Source: Octopus bimaculoides (taxonomy: Eukaryota). Taken from it: 42,180 bases of DNA. A model generated the notes under the pieces. That model was not told the origin of the DNA and did no database searches. It saw only the letters and a program-made list of their open reading frames with translations. The stretch spans positions 123,288,779 through 123,330,958 of the forward strand of contig NC_068982.1 in the NCBI RefSeq assembly GCF_001194135.2. The letters run 5' to 3'. A program made the translations under genes and the position numbers. Positions 36,571 through 42,180 of this stretch are shown here, in pieces; the stretch's first letter is position 1, and every line of letters begins with the position of its first letter.

Positions 36571-37429
36571 TTTTATTAAAGCATGTCTCTTGGAGAAGGC
36601 CACCCGGATATAAAACCAGATATGCCAGGAATGACACTGAATATTTTGGGGGATGTTTTGCCTGCGCTTAAGATCAATGGTGCTCCCATTTGCCTGATCC
36701 ANNNNNNNNNNNNNNNNNNNNNNNNNNNNNNNNNNNNNNNNNNNNNNNNNNNNNNNNNNNNNNNNNNNNNNNNNNNNNNNNNNNNNNNNNNNNNNNNNNN
36801 NNNNNNNNNNNNNNNNNNNNNNNNNNNNNNNNNNNNNNNNNNNNNNNNNNNNNNNNNNNNNNNNNNNNNNNNNNNNNNNNNNNNNNNNNNNNNNNNNNNN
36901 NNNNNNNNNNNNNNNNNNNNNNNNNNNNNNNNNNNNNNNNNNNNNNNNNNNNNNNNNNNNNNNNNNNNNNNNNNNNNNNNNNNNNNNNNNNNNNNNNNNN
37001 NNNNNNNNNNNNNNNNNNNNNNNNNNNNNNNNNNNNNNNNNNNNNNNNNNNNNNNNNNNNNNNNNNNNNNNNNNNNNNNNNNNNNNNNNNNNNNNNNNNN
37101 NNNNNNNNNNNNNNNNNNNNNNNNNNNNNNNNNNNNNNNNNNNNNNNNNNNNNNNNNNNNNNNNNNNNNNNNNNNNNNNNNNNNNNNNNNNNNNNNNNNN
37201 NNNNNNNNNNNNNNNNNNNNNNNNNNNNNNNNNNNNNNNNNNNNNNNNNNNNNNNNNNNNNNNNNNNNNNNNNNNNNNNNNNNNNNNNNNNNNNNNNNNN
37301 NNNNNNNNNNNNNNNNNNNNNNNNNNNNNNNNNNNNNNNNNNNNNNNNNNNNNNNNNNNNNNNNNNNNNNTATATATATATATATATATGTATGTAATGT
37401 GTGTTTGTGTTGGGGGTTGAAATCAAAAA

Positions 37430-38330
37430 ATGTTATCGCCTGCGGTATTCGAACATCGTGTTTGTTGTAAACCGTATAGCTGTGCTAATACCTAAAAAAC
37501 GAAATACCCCTCGTTGCCTGGACTATGGTCTCACCGAATTAAATCGTCAACCAGTTATGGTTGCAGATATTGGTGCACTTCATCAGAAAGAAAAAGCAAG
37601 GAGAGAGTTCTTTGTGGTATTTATGACTTTCAATGAATATTTGAAGCCTCTCTCACGGGTGTTATTAGTTTCAACTGATTTAAAATGCAATGCACATTTA
37701 TAGATCTGAATGTTTTTAAGAAAATGCTTACACTCTGAAGTAGTGCCTGTAAGTTGTACTCTTAAAAATGCTGGAGTATTGGAACATTCTCAGCTGGACG
37801 TAGACATACAAGAAACACATTTCAGCTGTTTCGTTTTTATTCTACACTTGGTACATAGTTTTGATACGGAATAAAAAGAAATAATGTGTTAAGTTCATAA
37901 CCATCAGTTGGATCATTGACAAATGCTCAGTTAGCCATTGTTTTGAGACGAATGTTGAGTATACCCTATGTTGCTGATAGCAGTGTAGCCATTGCGGCTC
38001 AGATTATTGCTGACAACAGTTCGATTCAGTCTATTTTTTTTTTAAAGCCTGTGATATTTCTCTTCTGGTGTCTCTTCCTATGGGCGGTTTGCTCCACGTA
38101 TTCTATCTTTTCAAACCTTTGTTGTCGCTGTTCTAGTGCTTCTTACTATTGAAAGTTTGTTGCACAGATTCTCTGTTCTTAACGTGTTTGTTGTCTCTGT
38201 TCTGGCGTTCATTGCTATCGGCAGTCAATTTTACGGATTCAGTTTTGTTGAAGTCTTTGTTGTCTTCATTCTAGTTTACCTAGCTTGCAGCACTAGTGTT
38301 TTTTTTTTCATTGCATGGCAACTACATTAC
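37430..38330 (-). mobile_element. Helitron Rep N-terminal relic
   Basis: Minus-strand fragments EETPEEKYHRL, ETAEMC, LTGTTSECKHFLKNIQIYKCALHFKS, GFKYSLKV, SLL and DEVHQYLQ match the Helitron pattern ET.GMCC...SKHFL.NIR.YNSAF.MTS...GF..TFKVQG...GSLL...FLQ in order. Confidence 0.6.
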
Positions 38331-39797
38331 CAAGTGCAATAAATGGGTGCGGGTAAAAAGTTATTTTACCATTAATTTATATAGCAATAAGAAAATGGAG
38401 GGATCAATAGGTGGTATTCATCAACTTATAGACATTGTATTGTGTCAATTTACTTGTTTATTTGTTTACTAAAAGTATAATAATAACAATATACAAACAC
38501 ATGTGACATATTAGGTCATATAAATTGGATGAGGGGACTGAACAGCAAAAATAACCCCTCCCCACTACCAACAAGGTTCCAACTACTCCATAAACAAAAC
38601 AATAACGGAGTAACTCATCACATGTTTATAGAAGTTTGGATATTATTGTTAGAATTCTTACGAACTAATTGTATAAATTCCTCCATTACAAATACAACTA
38701 ATACGTATGTACCTATGAACATGTCTGTACGGAAATGTTTATGTATACATATGCGTATGTATGTATGTGTAGGCGTGTATATATATATATATATGTGTGT
38801 GTGTGGGGGGGGGTGTCCTCCTCATGTATAATAATAATAATTGATTCATTTGTGTGTATGTATGGACATTTGTGTATGTACATTTAAATGTACATATATG
38901 TATTTATGTTTTTATGTTTATTTATGTATATCTATGTATATGTTAAAGTATTCATATATATATATGGGTTTTTACGGTTTTCATATTTTTTATATTTTTA
39001 ACTTAACTTTATGAACTTTATAAAATCTCTGAAGATGCCTAGAGAATCATCCATGTACCTCTATTTCATCTATTTCATCTATTAATTACTTCAGTCTACT
39101 GGAGTGATAAAGATAGAATGAGGCATATCACCTCCAGACTGAAACAGCTGTAAGATTATCTCATTTTCTGTCACTATATGTCATTTCTATAATTACTGAT
39201 ATGACATAATATATCACATATGTTTGTATATTGTTATTATTGTCCTTTTAGTAAACAAATAAACAAGTAAATTGACACAATACAATGTTTGCAAGTTGAT
39301 GAATACCACTTATTAATCCTCTCCATTTTCTTATTGCTATATATATATATATATATATNNNNNNNNNNNNNNNNNNNNNNNNNNNNNNNNNNNNNNNNNN
39401 NNNNNNNNNNNNNNNNNNNNNNNNNNNNNNNNNNNNNNNNNNNNNNNNNNNNNNNNNNNNNNNNNNNNNNNNNNNNNNNNNNNNNNNNNNNNNNNNNNNN
39501 NNNNNNNNNNNNNNNNNNNNNNNNNNNNNNNNNNNNNNNNNNNNNNNNNNNNNNNNNNNNNNNNNNNNNNNNNNNNNNNNNNNNNNNNNNNNNNNNNNNN
39601 NNNNNNNNNNNNNNNNNNNNNNNNNNNNNNNNNNNNNNNNNNNNNNNNNNNNNNNNNNNNNNNNNNNNNNNNNNNNNNNNNNNNNNNNNNNNNNNNNNNN
39701 NNNNNNNNNNNNNNNNNNNNNNNNNNNNNNNNNNNNNNNNNNNNNNNNNNNNNNNNNTATATATATAAGTATATATATGTGTGTTCGTGTGTGTACA

Positions 39798-39831
<34 letters not shown>

Positions 39832-40474
39832 CTATACTATACTATACGTATATGTGTATGTATTTTATTGTGATAGCCAGAGACGCCATGTGTGCGGGGC
39901 ACTGCATTCGTACGTCTATGTGTATATGTGTATGTTCTAAGTGATAACGGATTTTTTTTAATTAACATTTTTTTATTTCCTGTTTTTCCTGTTATGATTG
40001 GATACAGCACAGCCAGGGGACTGTGAAGTCTTGTATAATAATAAATGGAGAACAGGACTTTCGTTTTCTTAAAAAAGAGAAGCGAGAAAAAGAAGAGAGA
40101 ATAATAACAAAAGACACTACTACACATTCATGCGCCAATAAAATTTTAATCCAGTTATAGTATGCCCTTGTGGTTCCACAAGAGGTAACAATAGAGGATT
40201 ACTTCTCATTTTTAAACTCATAGTAAAGCATCCACTTTTTATAAAATTCATCTTGCTTACTTTTATTGTAAGATATGTATTTTTTTTTCAATAAGATACT
40301 TGTCCTGAACATAGTATCTAAAATGTTTGAGGCTAAGAGTGGATTTTGATACTTGGCTTTCGTATATAAAAAATTTTGCTAATAATACTAGCAGGTCAAG
40401 GATAACTGATTTGTTGTGTTCGTTTTTGGTTTTGGTTTTGTTTCAGCGTACAAACGTCCCTTGAGTTTTATGTG

Positions 40475-40512
<38 letters not shown>

Positions 40513-40822
40513 NNNNNNNNNNNNNNNNNNNNNNNNNNNNNNNNNNNNNNNNNNNNNNNNNNNNNNNNNNNNNNNNNNNNNNNNNNNNNNNNNNNNNNNN
40601 NNNNNNNNNNNNNNNNNNNNNNNNNNNNNNNNNNNNNNNNNNNNNNNNNNNNNNNNNNNNNNNNNNNNNNNNNNNNNNNNATCTCCTGCTCTTTCTGTCC
40701 TTTTCTATACATCGGTCAAACGGGATGTCGCTTGGCTGACCGGTTCGCGGAACACCTCCGAGACATCCGACAGCACAGGTACATAAACAGGAGTGAACAT
40801 ACACACCCACACATATATATAT

Positions 40823-41125
40823 ACGAGCCCACAACCTACGAGACCTCTTGGTCCACAGCTTCTTCCCTAACCCAACCTCCCAACCCGGCTCGTTCCCCTG
40901 CTCCTGCCCACGCTGCTGCACTTACCTCTCCAACACCACCCTCCTCACAGGCACTCATCATCGACCCTATCATATCACTGACTCCTTCACCTGCACTTCT
41001 AGCAACGTCATCTACTGCATCTCCTGCTCTTTCTGTCCTTTTCTATACATCGGTCAAACGGGATGTCGCTTGGCTGACCGGTTCGCGGAACACCTCCGAG
41101 ACATCCGACAGCACAGGTACATAAA
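40823..41125 (+). mobile_element. Penelope-like element GIY-YIG endonuclease fragment
   Basis: RAHNLRDLLVHS...GSFPCSCPRC...FTCTSSNVIYCISCSFCPFLYIGQTGCRLADRFAEH. Embedded in TA/CA microsatellite; its 3' part is repeated at 40681-40822. Confidence 0.9.
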
Positions 41126-41633
41126 CAGGAGTGAACATACACACCCACACATATATATATATATACATACACACGCATATACACGCACAAGAAAATACAC
41201 GCATATGTACACGCACGCACACACACACACACACACACAAACACATTAGTCAGTATACATGTATGTGTATCATATTTATATGTATGTATCGAAACATATA
41301 TATATATATATTGTGTGTACACGTATACACATCTATATATATACGCATACATACATATATCATACATCTATGTGTGCCTATTTTATATGCTCGTATATAT
41401 GTATGTGATATATAAATACACAAGCACACACATGCATACATACATACATACATACATACATACAAATATGCACGCACACACGCACACACACACAGCCATA
41501 AACGCACACGTACATATAGAAGACAAACAGTAAGATGACGATACCAATGTGGCATAAGCTTAAGAGCGGTTACAATTGTTTCATTACTAGTCGACGTTAA
41601 GCCACATTGCATATACCTGATTATATGTCAATC

Positions 41634-41664
<31 letters not shown>

Positions 41665-42180
41665 GAGCATGTTTTGTGTTTGTATGTTATGTGNNNNNNN
41701 NNNTTCCTTAACGTTTGTAATCAAGAGATTCGGCAAACATGATTCGATAAAATCAGTGCCAGACGGAGATAGAGACCTACTAAACACTTGAAATCACATC
41801 CCAGCGTAAATGCAATTAAGTGTTTCAAACCAATAAAAGAAGTATATATAAGTATATACAAATTCTCATATATATATGCAAATACATACATATATACATA
41901 CATATATGTTATGTGTGTATCTGTATGTATGTATGTATGTATGGATGGATGTATATTTAAAATCTTTAAAAATGCTTCAGCTTCAAAGCCGCGGTTATGC
42001 TAGGGCGCCACCGTTGACTGAGCCGCAACAATATTTGAAACTTCTTTTGATATGTAGCATTTGGTCGATGAAGGACTTTGATCCCGCTGTCCTCATCTAT
42101 ATACACATATGTTTATACATACACATATATATGAATATGTATGCATACATATATATACATACATACATACATACACATAT

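Noticed and set aside
37401-37703. Plus-strand ORF with LIPKK, resembling a LINE RT motif
   Set aside because: The opposite strand matches Helitron Rep over many more motifs, so this is a coincidental shadow.

Overview
Eukaryotic, AT-rich, microsatellite-dense scaffold with 11 N-gaps. The repeat families suggest an octopod cephalopod (Octopus-like); this is inference from repeat style, not a database match. There is one credible protein-coding exon: 12490-13155 (-), 221 aa. It encodes a secreted, neuropeptide/prohormone-like precursor with a signal peptide, a compact 8-Cys domain and several dibasic cleavage sites. Its ATG starts immediately after a strong splice acceptor, so an upstream exon is still unidentified. 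The rest is transposon debris. This includes a ~3 kb decayed HERO-like (R2-group, RLE) LINE, a CR1/L2-like and an R4/Dong-like LINE end, two mariner relics (one with two nested hAT-type MITEs), a mariner MITE, a Helitron relic, a Penelope GIY-YIG fragment and many tRNA-derived SINEs. Structural oddities include Penelope-type hammerhead-like cores (one ends exactly at its GUC site), a ~600 bp degenerate palindrome built from such units, and a perfect 114-bp inverted tract between two head-to-head SINEs. No rRNA, bona fide tRNA or CRISPR array was seen. Most ORFs in the track are microsatellite, N-gap or antisense artefacts.
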